In this document: piece after piece, positions 28,373 to 37,584 of the stretch
How the letters are laid out: each line of letters starts with the position of its first letter
Numbering within the stretch: the first letter of the stretch is position 1
From: Ignavibacteria bacterium
Lineage (GTDB): Bacteria; Bacteroidota; Ignavibacteria; Ignavibacteriales; SURF-24
Assembly: GCA_037140715.1 (NCBI GenBank)
Contig: JBAXDX010000001.1
Span: 8,000-71,999, forward strand
Length of the DNA: 64,000 nucleotides
Direction: 5' to 3'
Notes under the pieces: generated by a model
Told to the model about the DNA's origin: nothing
The model's database searches: none
Seen by the model: the letters and a program-made list of their open reading frames with translations, nothing else
Program-made: the position numbers and the translations under genes

Positions 28373-29611
28373 CTAATAATGAGACGAAAACAGTTCGAAA
28401 TATTTCCGGCTCATATCTTTAAGCGAAAAATTCTCCGCGGCATAAGCGCGTGCGCTGCCGGATAATTCCTGCAGACGGGTTTCATCGAACAACAACCGGA
28501 CGGTTTTTTCTGCGAAGTCATTTAAATCAAAAGGCTTAATCAGGCGGCCTGAGATATTATCTTTAATAATTTCACCGCAGCCACCTATATCAAAAGTAAT
28601 AGCCGGAGTTCCGCATGAGACTGCCTCTACAAGAGCGTTCGACAGATTATCCGCCTTCGTTGGAAAGACAAGCATATCGGCAGCCGAAAGACACAGGCGC
28701 ATCTTCACTTCATCCTGAACATAACCTGCGCTGTGAATGCGGAAATTCTTCAGCTCAGATATTTCCTCTATTTCTCCAAGTCCCAGTATCAGCAGGTGAA
28801 TCTCAGTTTTAGCCATTGAGCCGATTAATTTCAGAATCTGAATAAGGTCGCGTCCTCCTTTGTAAATATTCTTGCTGAGCTTTTCGGCGCTAAACATAAG
28901 CGTTTTTGCTTCACGCGGAATATTAAGCTCTTCGCGCGCCCGCGCCTTATCCATAGGAGAAAAAATCTCCAAATCAAGTCCGTTAAAAATATGACGCACC
29001 TCGCGGCCTTCAAGCACGGGGCTTTGTATGGCAAGGTTGTAAAGCCATTTGGAAGGAGCAACGAAACTGACATTGGAAGCTGCGTATATACGCTTTTTCT
29101 GTCTTAAAAGAAAACTCCCCGTGTTAATGCCGAGCGCGGGGAAAGATTTGGCATTCGAACGGCTGTTTTTCATTTCTTTCCATGATTCATCTCCGAAAGT
29201 ATGGGCAGAGTTGCCTGTGAATGTCCACATATCGTGCATTGTCCAGACAATAGGGGCTTGTTTCGAGAGTTCAGCAATCATCGGTGTTTCAAAATATCCG
29301 CCCAATGTGTTATGCAGACTTATGATATCAGGTTTTAGCTCCTTAACTTTTTGCCTGATTATCTTAGGTGATACGGGCAGGTACTGATACTGAAGTCCTA
29401 ATGCATTGGAGAAGACATTAAACCAGCGCTCAAAGGACTGGTCGAAGCCGTTTTGACGCGTGGCAAATACATTGGGTTTGTCGGAACGTTTGGTCCTTAC
29501 TACAAAATAGTTATCAGTATGGCAATATTTTTCCAGTCCGCTGCCCAGCCGGGTAGCTGCAATAGCCGATCCGCCTATTACATCCGATATGTTTATGAAT
29601 AGTATCTTCAA
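28373..29611 (-). CDS. family 4 glycosyltransferase (GT-B)
   Basis: 412 aa with N-terminal MKILFIN..GG and a C-terminal E..G....EA...G.P motif (LVEAVSCGTPAITFDIGGCGEII). Confidence 0.85.
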   Translation of the reverse strand: MKILFINISDVIGGSAIAATRLGSGLEKYCHTDNYFVVRTKRSDKPNVFATRQNGFDQSFERWFNVFSNALGLQYQYLPVSPKIIRQKVKELKPDIISLHNTLGGYFETPMIAELSKQAPIVWTMHDMWTFTGNSAHTFGDESWKEMKNSRSNAKSFPALGINTGSFLLRQKKRIYAASNVSFVAPSKWLYNLAIQSPVLEGREVRHIFNGLDLEIFSPMDKARAREELNIPREAKTLMFSAEKLSKNIYKGGRDLIQILKLIGSMAKTEIHLLILGLGEIEEISELKNFRIHSAGYVQDEVKMRLCLSAADMLVFPTKADNLSNALVEAVSCGTPAITFDIGGCGEIIKDNISGRLIKPFDLNDFAEKTVRLLFDETRLQELSGSARAYAAENFSLKDMSRKYFELFSSHY

Positions 29612-29974
29612 AAGATTTCTTTTCCCGTTGCAAAGTCAAATTATTTAATTCCCCCCCAAGCACCGTACTGATTCTCAGCTTATGTGGTAAGTTAAAATAC
29701 AGTCTAATTATCTTTGAGGTGCTGACGCAACACAAATCTTTGTATATCTACATTATGCAGATCGTCTTCTACTGAAATTTTGATGCTGTCAAGTTTTGTT
29801 GTAGGTATCTCCTCAACTATTCTTTTATACTTATCGAATTTAGCCCACTTGGGAAAATAAAATGCTGTATATTTTACCTGAATGCCAGACTTTGAATAAT
29901 TACAATGCATATTTGTAAGTCTGCCCAATTTTTATGACCGTATCGGGAATGCTTGTAATTGATATTCCCATACC

Positions 29975-30165
29975 GAATGCTACTGACTTTTGAAAAATAT
30001 AAAATTTAGCGAAATTTTCAGGTTATCTGTATTCTGAAATTAGCAGTCACCTGCAAAGCGAATAAGAAAAAACCGAGAATAGAGACTATAACTACAATTG
30101 CGATTAAATCTATAATTGCCAAAATTGAATAAATCTCAAAGTTCTATCAAAAGTCAGTAGCATTC
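29975..30165. mobile_element. 191-bp element with perfect 19-bp terminal inverted repeats and 11-bp flanking direct repeat (MITE-like; alternative: inverton)
   Basis: GAATGCTACTGACTTTTGA (29975-29993) pairs with TCAAAAGTCAGTAGCATTC (30147-30165). ATTCCCATACC flanks both ends (29964-29974 and 30166-30176). No ORF inside. Confidence 0.65.
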
Positions 30166-31967
30166 ATTCCCATACCTGCAATTGAGTTGATATTCCAGCT
30201 GACTGAAACAGTATCCATATCATTATAGACCAGAGCTGTTACTTTGTTCTGTCCGAGGTCATACTTTAGCGAATTATATGTAAAGGATTTAGATTTTGCC
30301 TCTGAAACAATACTGCCATTTACAGCCCACGCGAAGTTCACGTCTTCATCATAATAGCCTTTGGCGTCAATCCTAAATGTCTGGCTCTTTCCATACTGCA
30401 GGTCGAGGTCACGGCTATTAAACGACATCCGCGCGCCAAGACGGGTATCATTTATAACTGTAAAAGGCGCCCACTGCGTTATTTCAGGAGGATAATTGTT
30501 CTTAAGAAAATGGTCGAGCACATTCTTAGTAATGATTGATACTTTTGAATCATTTTCATAAAGTCCCCAGACCCACCTGATAGTAGCAGCATTAAAAACA
30601 AATCCCGCACCTGTTTTTTTATATTTAAATATTCCCATCGTTGCCCAATCCTTGACTAAGTCTTTAGATTCATGATTAGCAGGGCTGATACCGAGTATAG
30701 AATAATTCAGCGGAGATTGATCTGTCCCAGTCGGAACTGGTCTGCCATCAGTATATTTAAATAGAGTGGCATCACATTCATAACCTACGATTGATGAATC
30801 CTGCCTGTAGCCGAGTGTGTCTCCGTCTTTCAGTCCAGAGTTCTTGAATACCCAGTTCTGCGTGTTATGCAGTATATAGCCGCCATAACCCTTTTTCCAT
30901 ATCAGGCATCCTATGTCTTGATTTTGTCCATGATAATTTATCTGTCCGCCGTGTTCATAACTAACACCAATAAACGGATTTTCCCGCTGGGTTCTATACC
31001 ATTCGATAGTATTCAGACTTGGATTGGGAAAACCGAAGAGATCTTCCCAGTCGCGATGTTTATAGCAGACAAAAGTTCTATAGTTATTCTCAAACCGTAT
31101 CTGCCACCAGCAGGTATTGCCGCTCATGCACATCCAGTTACCGCCAGCATTTACAAAGTTTGTTACATTCTCTCTCATACCATGGCTCCAGTATTCATCA
31201 TGACCACAGGTAAGCAACACTTTATGAGTATTCAGGTAAGCGGAATCATTGTCCAGTTCGAGACTGCCTATTACGTCCACATCATCGCCATAACCGTATT
31301 TCTCCAGCCAGCGTATCAGTTTCGCATCATAAGCATAGAAACTTCCTCGGTTAACACCAGTATGCACGTTCAGATTCATCGGTCTGTTGAATGAGAGCTT
31401 TACCGAATAATTAACTCCGTTATTTCCACCACTGCTATAGGCTGGATAAGAGCTTTTGCCGCCAAACATGTTATACGCCTGGTAGGTGGCAGTCGCACAA
31501 GCCACAAGCACTTTGCTTCTTTTAGTAACATCCTTTTCCTTGACAAAGAAAAGAACAGGATTGATAGTGTCACTTAAGGTAGGAAATTCGGCTATGTAGG
31601 CTCCGGCTCTCCAGTTGTCGGGAATCTTGAAATTCTCTACCGTAACAGGCCAGTTACAGCCTTTAACATAAACCTCATCGTTTTCCTTTACCTCCATTAT
31701 TCCCCCCTTAAGATTTGGTATATCCTGAACCCATTCTTTGGTCTTTCCATATCTGTATATCTTAAGAGTAAAAGGGTTCTGAAATGTAGAGATGTAAAAA
31801 CTTATGGTTTCTCCCTGATACGCGCTGTGTACAGACGAATAGCCGCCTTCCTGAAGCCCAACGCCAAAATTCGTTATTTTTAACGGCTGAGCACAGGATT
31901 TGATTAAGATAATCAGGATAACCAGCAAAAAACAAATTAACAAAATATTCCTGTAGTGACTATTCAT
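30147..31967 (-). CDS. lipoprotein, N,N-dimethylformamidase-large-subunit-like (DUF6605-like) domain
   Basis: 606 aa with a lipobox (LIKSC). It carries motifs ..ACATATYQAYNMFGG.. and ..CGHDEYWSHGMR...AGGNWMCMSGNTCWWQIRF.., recalled from that family. The last 6 codons and the stop lie inside the element's right inverted repeat. Confidence 0.55.
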   Translation of the reverse strand: MNSHYRNILLICFLLVILIILIKSCAQPLKITNFGVGLQEGGYSSVHSAYQGETISFYISTFQNPFTLKIYRYGKTKEWVQDIPNLKGGIMEVKENDEVYVKGCNWPVTVENFKIPDNWRAGAYIAEFPTLSDTINPVLFFVKEKDVTKRSKVLVACATATYQAYNMFGGKSSYPAYSSGGNNGVNYSVKLSFNRPMNLNVHTGVNRGSFYAYDAKLIRWLEKYGYGDDVDVIGSLELDNDSAYLNTHKVLLTCGHDEYWSHGMRENVTNFVNAGGNWMCMSGNTCWWQIRFENNYRTFVCYKHRDWEDLFGFPNPSLNTIEWYRTQRENPFIGVSYEHGGQINYHGQNQDIGCLIWKKGYGGYILHNTQNWVFKNSGLKDGDTLGYRQDSSIVGYECDATLFKYTDGRPVPTGTDQSPLNYSILGISPANHESKDLVKDWATMGIFKYKKTGAGFVFNAATIRWVWGLYENDSKVSIITKNVLDHFLKNNYPPEITQWAPFTVINDTRLGARMSFNSRDLDLQYGKSQTFRIDAKGYYDEDVNFAWAVNGSIVSEAKSKSFTYNSLKYDLGQNKVTALVYNDMDTVSVSWNINSIAGMGMNATDF

Positions 31968-31994
31968 ATTAACCTCTTGACATAGCTTTTAATA

Positions 31995-32018
31995 ATTTTA
32001 ACTATCTGATTTTACAAA
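31995..32018 (-). promoter_or_regulatory. promoter-like motif upstream of the 606-aa lipoprotein gene
   Basis: The sense strand reads TTTGTAAAATCAGATAGTTAAAAT, 28-51 nt upstream of the ATG at 31967. It is related to TTTGTATAATATGAGTTAATAA. Confidence 0.3.
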
Positions 32019-32174
32019 GATTTAGAACGCCTAAATATTTGTAAAATATGTATATAGACAACGCCAATTGTAAGATGAAAACCAGGCTTTTAGTTTCCGG
32101 ATTCAAAAGTTAATCTATTAAAGACGCTGTTTTTTAAAGAGTTACTGAAATATTTTGGTAATGCCAAATTGAGC

Positions 32175-32213
32175 GTACGACCAATTTCTATTTAAGAGGG
32201 AAATTGGTCATAC
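32175..32213. repeat. REP-like hairpin (GTACGACCAATTTC family)
   Basis: GTACGACCAATTTC (32175-32188) pairs with GAAATTGGTCATAC (32200-32213) at 13/14 positions. It lies just downstream of the stop of 32241-33005, and its arms resemble those of the 53100-53234 palindrome. Confidence 0.6.
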
Positions 32214-32240
32214 ACCCAGTAAACTAAACTATGATTTCAT

Positions 32241-33005
32241 TTATTTCACAGAGGCAATAAGAGCAAGTTCTGAAAACATTTTAGGCCACTTAGCCGCGAG
32301 GTAATGAGTAATCACCTTGCCAAATATATTCTTTGTACTGTAACCGGCCGTTTTAACAATATCAAACCCGCATCTTTCAAACAACATCTTCGACAAAGCG
32401 CTGTATGTAAAATAGTGGAGGTGCCCTTCATCGTATAAATCCACCGGTTCATTATCGTATGTTGTAAGTCCTTCATTTTTTGAAGCGGTAGACGGAAATA
32501 TTCCGCGCAGAAGTTTCAGTCGCCTGTGATAGATAGCCATGTTCGGAGTATCTATATAAACAAAGCCTCCGGGTTTTAACATCCGGCGTATCTTCTGCAT
32601 TGCGCCCAAAGGATCAGTAAGATGCTCGATGAGCGCAACCATTATAACCGCGTCATACTTTGGAAGAGTTTCAACAGGAATGTTTTCGCAATTAATTTGT
32701 ATCACGTTAATTTTTGTATTTGTGATACTTTTCTTCATACCTTCAACGCGACTGTCGGAGAAGTCGCTGATTGTGTAAGAGTCAAAATTAATGTTGACCC
32801 CGGCAAAACTGCGCGCAAGGGTTCCATCACCCGCACCAAGTTCAAGTATATCACCGCCCTTAAACGTATTGACAAAATATTTTAAGCACGATTCAATTCT
32901 TGTTTGCGGAAATTTTTTCAGTTCGCATATTCCATCTGCTTTCTTGCTGATTTCGCTTTTATATTTATCGTTGTAATGTTTTATTAATCTCTGTTGCGTC
33001 TGCAT
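32241..33005 (-). CDS. class I SAM-dependent methyltransferase
   Basis: 254 aa with motif I ILELGAGDG and post-I/II motifs (..AVIMVALIEHL.., ..LKPGGFVYI..). Confidence 0.85.
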   Translation of the reverse strand: MQTQQRLIKHYNDKYKSEISKKADGICELKKFPQTRIESCLKYFVNTFKGGDILELGAGDGTLARSFAGVNINFDSYTISDFSDSRVEGMKKSITNTKINVIQINCENIPVETLPKYDAVIMVALIEHLTDPLGAMQKIRRMLKPGGFVYIDTPNMAIYHRRLKLLRGIFPSTASKNEGLTTYDNEPVDLYDEGHLHYFTYSALSKMLFERCGFDIVKTAGYSTKNIFGKVITHYLAAKWPKMFSELALIASVK

Positions 33006-33025
33006 GATTTTACCTGTATAATTAT

Positions 33026-34174
33026 TTATTTCATAACTTCTTCAAGATAACAGAGGAACTGACTGAAGACGTTATCATAAGAATGTTCTGTTAAAGTTCT
33101 TTGCTGACCAGCTGCTGCAATGGCTTTGCGTTCGTCTTCGTGAGAAAGAAGATATTTAATCTTTTCAAGGCATTCATCAAATGATTTATATGTTACGATT
33201 TCCTTTTCTGGCTCGAAGAAGTCTGAGATATTTTCTTTCCAGTCGGTAAGCAAACATGTGCCTGTGCCAGTAGCCTCGAAGAGCCTCATGTTGCCCCCCT
33301 TCTTAAGCTGAAGATCTCCGTGTGTATTAATGGTTATCTTGGAATCTGCCAATACTTGATACATATCGAGACCGTAGATAGAGTTATTACTGATATTATC
33401 AATGTAGCTGGAATAATAAATATCCTTCCACTGCCCATTACGCACCAGTTTGGAGAGTGACCAGAGACTATTCACCAGTCCTTTACGCAGTATCGAAGGG
33501 GACCAGATGTCTATGTGGACTTTCTTCGTAAGATCTGTTATCAGCTTAAGACGCTGGCTGTGCAGGCCTTTGAACGGATAGAACGAACCCACAAAGGAAA
33601 CGTCATATTTTAGTTCTCGCTGTTTTATCTTATTTAGTATCTTTTTCTCGAACGCGTATGGAAGAAAATAAACTTTATAGCCGTGCTCTTTGTAATAATC
33701 TAAGGTATGATGGAAACATGAGAGCATAATATCACAACCCAAAAAGAATTCGGACTGATGTTTTCCAGTGCCGTCATAGCCTAGTACATATTTAAGACTT
33801 GGTGTATTTTTGCGCAGACGCAGACGTGATTGGGAACTTATATCTCCGTGCGAAAACCAGATATCGGGCTTATACTCGGCAAGCTGAGCTTCAAGTATAA
33901 CTTCCTGCCAGTTGCTTTTGTTATAACTAATGTTGTGTTCTTTTGCCCACTGCTTTTGCATTATCTCGTTGTTAAATATTATTTCTCTGACCTCAAAATT
34001 GTCCGTTGCTTCAAGATGGCTCTTCCAAAAGTCAGACCAGCCGTAGCAGTCCGACATGATACGCTTGTACTGCTCATCATAGGATGCATCCTTTAATTTT
34101 TTCTCCGCCTGATAAAGGTTTACTATATAATATTTATAGTACGATGATGTCTTAATGAGTTTTATCTTATTCAT
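33026..34174 (-). CDS. CgeB-like glycosyltransferase (Glyco_trans_1_2-type C-terminus)
   Basis: 382 aa. The C-terminal region ..NMRLFEATGTGTCLLTD...TYKSFDECLEKIKYLLSHEDERKAIAAAGQQRTL.. is typical of the CgeB/DUF3880 family. Confidence 0.65.
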   Translation of the reverse strand: MNKIKLIKTSSYYKYYIVNLYQAEKKLKDASYDEQYKRIMSDCYGWSDFWKSHLEATDNFEVREIIFNNEIMQKQWAKEHNISYNKSNWQEVILEAQLAEYKPDIWFSHGDISSQSRLRLRKNTPSLKYVLGYDGTGKHQSEFFLGCDIMLSCFHHTLDYYKEHGYKVYFLPYAFEKKILNKIKQRELKYDVSFVGSFYPFKGLHSQRLKLITDLTKKVHIDIWSPSILRKGLVNSLWSLSKLVRNGQWKDIYYSSYIDNISNNSIYGLDMYQVLADSKITINTHGDLQLKKGGNMRLFEATGTGTCLLTDWKENISDFFEPEKEIVTYKSFDECLEKIKYLLSHEDERKAIAAAGQQRTLTEHSYDNVFSQFLCYLEEVMK

Positions 34175-34200
34175 CTATAGCTCCTGTATTAATTCAAAAA

Positions 34201-35358
34201 TCATTTCAGCTTTTTGTAAATATTCCCGGGCGAGAATAGCAACGAGTTTTTCTTTGCTTCTTCCTTCAGATGGCGAAGCTTTTCTTTGTTTGTAATAATC
34301 TCGTTCAGTATATTTCTTAATTCTCTGGCACCCGTGTATGCGACAGTTGAACTCTTAAGCTCTTCGAATATATCATAGCCGGACACAACCAACCCTGGCT
34401 TCGCGTAATGAATAAGCGTAAATGTAAAGCCGGTTTCTTTTGTCTTGCCGTATATGCTCAGTTTATCAATTACTACTTTCATATTGCCAAGTACAATATC
34501 CGTTGAGGCAAAGTGTTCGTCATATTCTTCAAAGGGAATAAACTTTTCAGAGAAATATTTTATCTTTATCCCTTTAGATATAAGCCTGTCGGCTTCAGCC
34601 TTAATGGACAGTCCGCCTTCATATTCGGCTATGCTGCCTAAGAGTAAAAGTTCAATTTTATCTTTAAAGAAATCTATATCGCTCTCAAGCGCCGTAAAGA
34701 CGGTAGTATAATCGCGCCTCATAGTTGAAAGCTTGCCGGGAATGCTTACTTTAAGAATTGTGTTGGCTCCGGACTTATCTGCAAGGTTCTTATTATAAAC
34801 AGAAAATGGAATTACCTCTGTCTTCCCGGCTGGAACGATGTAGCTTAACTTCGGTCTGAGGTTTTCGCTCAGTACTACGAACTTTCCATTTGACTGAAGC
34901 TGTTTGTTAAGTATTTTTTTTCGCCAGTAAGGATAGATTAAATATTTTTTTAAATTATATATGAGGCTTAAGTTTGAAAAGCTGAACAAAAAGCAGTTAA
35001 TATTATAGCCAAAACTGAAATTAGACCATTCATCAATATTGTGAATGAGCAACACTACCTGAGAATTAAATTTGGCAGAGTAAAACTCTTTGAAATATTT
35101 TTCAAGCGTAATGATGTAAAGTTTATCTATCTGAAAACTCCCAATCCTTTTGAAGAAATGACTAAGAGACTCAACTTCATCTTTCGTTACCACATGAACA
35201 TTTTTCTTATCCTTTACAACAGGAGTAATTATTCCAGAACCATAGCGGTGGGTAAAAATAAATATTTCATTTTTACAGTCTGAGGCAAAGACTTCCATTA
35301 CCGATTCAACAAGAGTAAAGTGTCCAAGGGGCATAACTTCAATTATTCCGACTTTCAT
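34201..35358 (-). CDS. hypothetical protein of the glycan locus (possible GT-B-like)
   Basis: The ATG at 35358 (MKVGIIEV...) overlaps the upstream gene's stop by 1 nt. The ORF track extends to 35466, which would overlap that gene by 109 nt. No family recognised. Confidence 0.55.
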   Translation of the reverse strand: MKVGIIEVMPLGHFTLVESVMEVFASDCKNEIFIFTHRYGSGIITPVVKDKKNVHVVTKDEVESLSHFFKRIGSFQIDKLYIITLEKYFKEFYSAKFNSQVVLLIHNIDEWSNFSFGYNINCFLFSFSNLSLIYNLKKYLIYPYWRKKILNKQLQSNGKFVVLSENLRPKLSYIVPAGKTEVIPFSVYNKNLADKSGANTILKVSIPGKLSTMRRDYTTVFTALESDIDFFKDKIELLLLGSIAEYEGGLSIKAEADRLISKGIKIKYFSEKFIPFEEYDEHFASTDIVLGNMKVVIDKLSIYGKTKETGFTFTLIHYAKPGLVVSGYDIFEELKSSTVAYTGARELRNILNEIITNKEKLRHLKEEAKKNSLLFSPGNIYKKLK

Positions 35359-36158
35359 TATGCGAGATCTTTCCTGAGGTATATCGTATCCCATTCCTTC
35401 AAGCGACCTTTGTCCTTGAGCGAAGGAAATATATCGTAAAGGATAAAGCCATTCTGCCTCATGCACTCATCAAGCTGATAATACTTTGGAGAGCCTTCAT
35501 AGTTTTCATGGTTATTAAGTTCAAGCACTACAACGGCTGTGCGCCTAAGGGTATCAGCAGCTCCTTTTAATACTTCAAGCTCGTAGCCCTGCACGTCTAT
35601 TTTAAGTATGCTTATTTTTTTATCGTGCGGAATTTCCGAGTCAAGCGTTGTTATTTCAATTTCTTCTTCCCCTTGCTTTATCAGCGTATCGGAGAAAGCC
35701 TTACTGTTTTGCTCGGTCTTAAGCGAAAGTATCGAAGAAGACGTAATACGGTTAGCCATATTAATAACTGTCCTGCCTATACTATTACCGACAGCTTTTG
35801 GAACAATGGTAATATTATTATAGGTTGATACTGCGTTTGTTAATTTACTGCGGGTTTCCAAAATAGGTTCAAATACCCAGATATGACTATTTGGATTTTT
35901 TTTTGCAAATAATATCGCAGTGTTGCCTATTGCTCCCCCGACATCGAGTATGCCGGAATCATTCAAGCCCAAGGACTTTGCAAGCACGATTGCCTTTTCA
36001 ACGTGAACATAGCACTGGAAATATTCACTCTCGATATAATCAATTACTTCATCATTAAGCGAATGGGCAAAGAGATACTTAAGCACATCTTTATTTTTCC
36101 TCGCCATTGAAGAGAGTATATTGATAAATAATTTTATTACTGTGTTTGTTAGTTTCAT
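35358..36158 (-). CDS. FkbM-family methyltransferase
   Basis: 266 aa with LDVGGAIGNT (motif I) and the ILKIDVQGYELEVLKGA signature. Confidence 0.8.
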   Translation of the reverse strand: MKLTNTVIKLFINILSSMARKNKDVLKYLFAHSLNDEVIDYIESEYFQCYVHVEKAIVLAKSLGLNDSGILDVGGAIGNTAILFAKKNPNSHIWVFEPILETRSKLTNAVSTYNNITIVPKAVGNSIGRTVINMANRITSSSILSLKTEQNSKAFSDTLIKQGEEEIEITTLDSEIPHDKKISILKIDVQGYELEVLKGAADTLRRTAVVVLELNNHENYEGSPKYYQLDECMRQNGFILYDIFPSLKDKGRLKEWDTIYLRKDLA

Positions 36159-36753
36159 AGTTTATTCAAATTATGTTTTTCAAAAAAGGGGCATATCTCC
36201 GGCACTTGCGCGTGGAAAAAGGTTCTATTATTTATGAGACAATCTGGTAAAAAAACTGAGAAATAGTGTTACAAATATTGTATATTTGTAAGTAGTAATA
36301 TGTTTGCGTTTTGTCTCGTAATTTCAGCATGGAACTGCAGACCTTATTTCTATCATCTCCATGATTTTAATATAGATAAACTCAGTTCTAAAAATAAGCA
36401 AATATTTCTTCAGATTTCGGAATATCCAATTATTTTTATGAAATTATTGTTATCCCTCCATGTGAAATAACAAATTAATCGACTGAGTTGATATCTAAAT
36501 GTTAGAATATCCGCCATAAGTAGAAAAACAAAGAATTTTATACTTATCTATGAAAAAGGGGAATAAAAACCAATGGTCATAACTTTTCTTAAATCGATTA
36601 ATACGGTAATTTGTGCGGAATGAAACAATATCATTTCATAGCAAATACCGAAAAAATATATTATAATGAGGAAAAGAGTAGTTAATAAAAGTCTTTTAAA
36701 GCGATTTTTAAGTTTTACGATTTATTGAAACTGAACAGTTAAGAAGGTAGAAA

Positions 36754-37584
36754 ATGAGATTTAAACTATTAGTGCGTAAATTCCTTTATATAATATTAAG
36801 GAATCGTTTATTTTATTTTATAGAAAAAAGGGAAATGAACATAACAGAAAATATTGGAAAACTCAGTATTACCTATAGTCCGTGGACCGATATTGGGCTA
36901 TCCCTATATTTAAAAAACAAGTTCGAACAAGATGAAATGAGTATGATGGAAAGTTTGCTTAAGGATGGCTCCGTTGTATTAGATGTTGGGGCAAATATTG
37001 GTTATCTTAGCCTGTTATTTAGCCAAAACAACAAAGTCAAAACGGTGCTTTCAATAGAACCTTCGCCACAGACTTTTAGAACGCTTTTAAAAAATATTCA
37101 TGGTCATAATAATATCTTAGCTCTTAATGTTGGCTTTTCTGAAACAAATGGATTGGTTGATTTTTTTATTGCCGTAGATAATGCATACTCAGGTCTAAAA
37201 GATACTAAAAGGAAAGAAATTATTGATATTGTCAAAGTCCCTGTTTTTAAGGGAGATGATTATCTAAAATTGTTAAATATTGAAAAAATAGATTTTATTA
37301 AAATGGATGTAGAAGGTTTTGAGCATTCCGCCCTCAAAGGGTTAGAGGAAACAATAATTCGAAATAAACCAGCTATGCATATTGAAATTTATTCGGGGAA
37401 AAATTCAAACTTAAATCCTGAAGAAACTATCAAATATGTCGTTCAGTTGGGATATGATGCATATATATTGAAAGATGGAAAACTACAGCCTTATTCTTGT
37501 CACGATGATAAATATTATAGCTATTTTTTTACACCAAAGGCTATATTATTTATCTGTTCCATATTCCTCTGGCTCTTCCATTAA
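36754..37584 (+). CDS. FkbM-family methyltransferase
   Basis: 276 aa with LDVGANIGYLS and FIKMDVEGFEHSALKG. It is divergent from the other FkbM gene across a 595-bp AT-rich spacer. Confidence 0.8.
   Translation: MRFKLLVRKFLYIILRNRLFYFIEKREMNITENIGKLSITYSPWTDIGLSLYLKNKFEQDEMSMMESLLKDGSVVLDVGANIGYLSLLFSQNNKVKTVLSIEPSPQTFRTLLKNIHGHNNILALNVGFSETNGLVDFFIAVDNAYSGLKDTKRKEIIDIVKVPVFKGDDYLKLLNIEKIDFIKMDVEGFEHSALKGLEETIIRNKPAMHIEIYSGKNSNLNPEETIKYVVQLGYDAYILKDGKLQPYSCHDDKYYSYFFTPKAILFICSIFLWLFH

Noticed and set aside
29704-29928. 74-aa ORF between the inverted-repeat element and the GT4 gene
   Set aside because: It has a TTG start, no RBS and no recognisable family. It is in a different frame from the reconstructed pre-insertion end of the lipoprotein gene. 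Evidence is insufficient to call it a gene.
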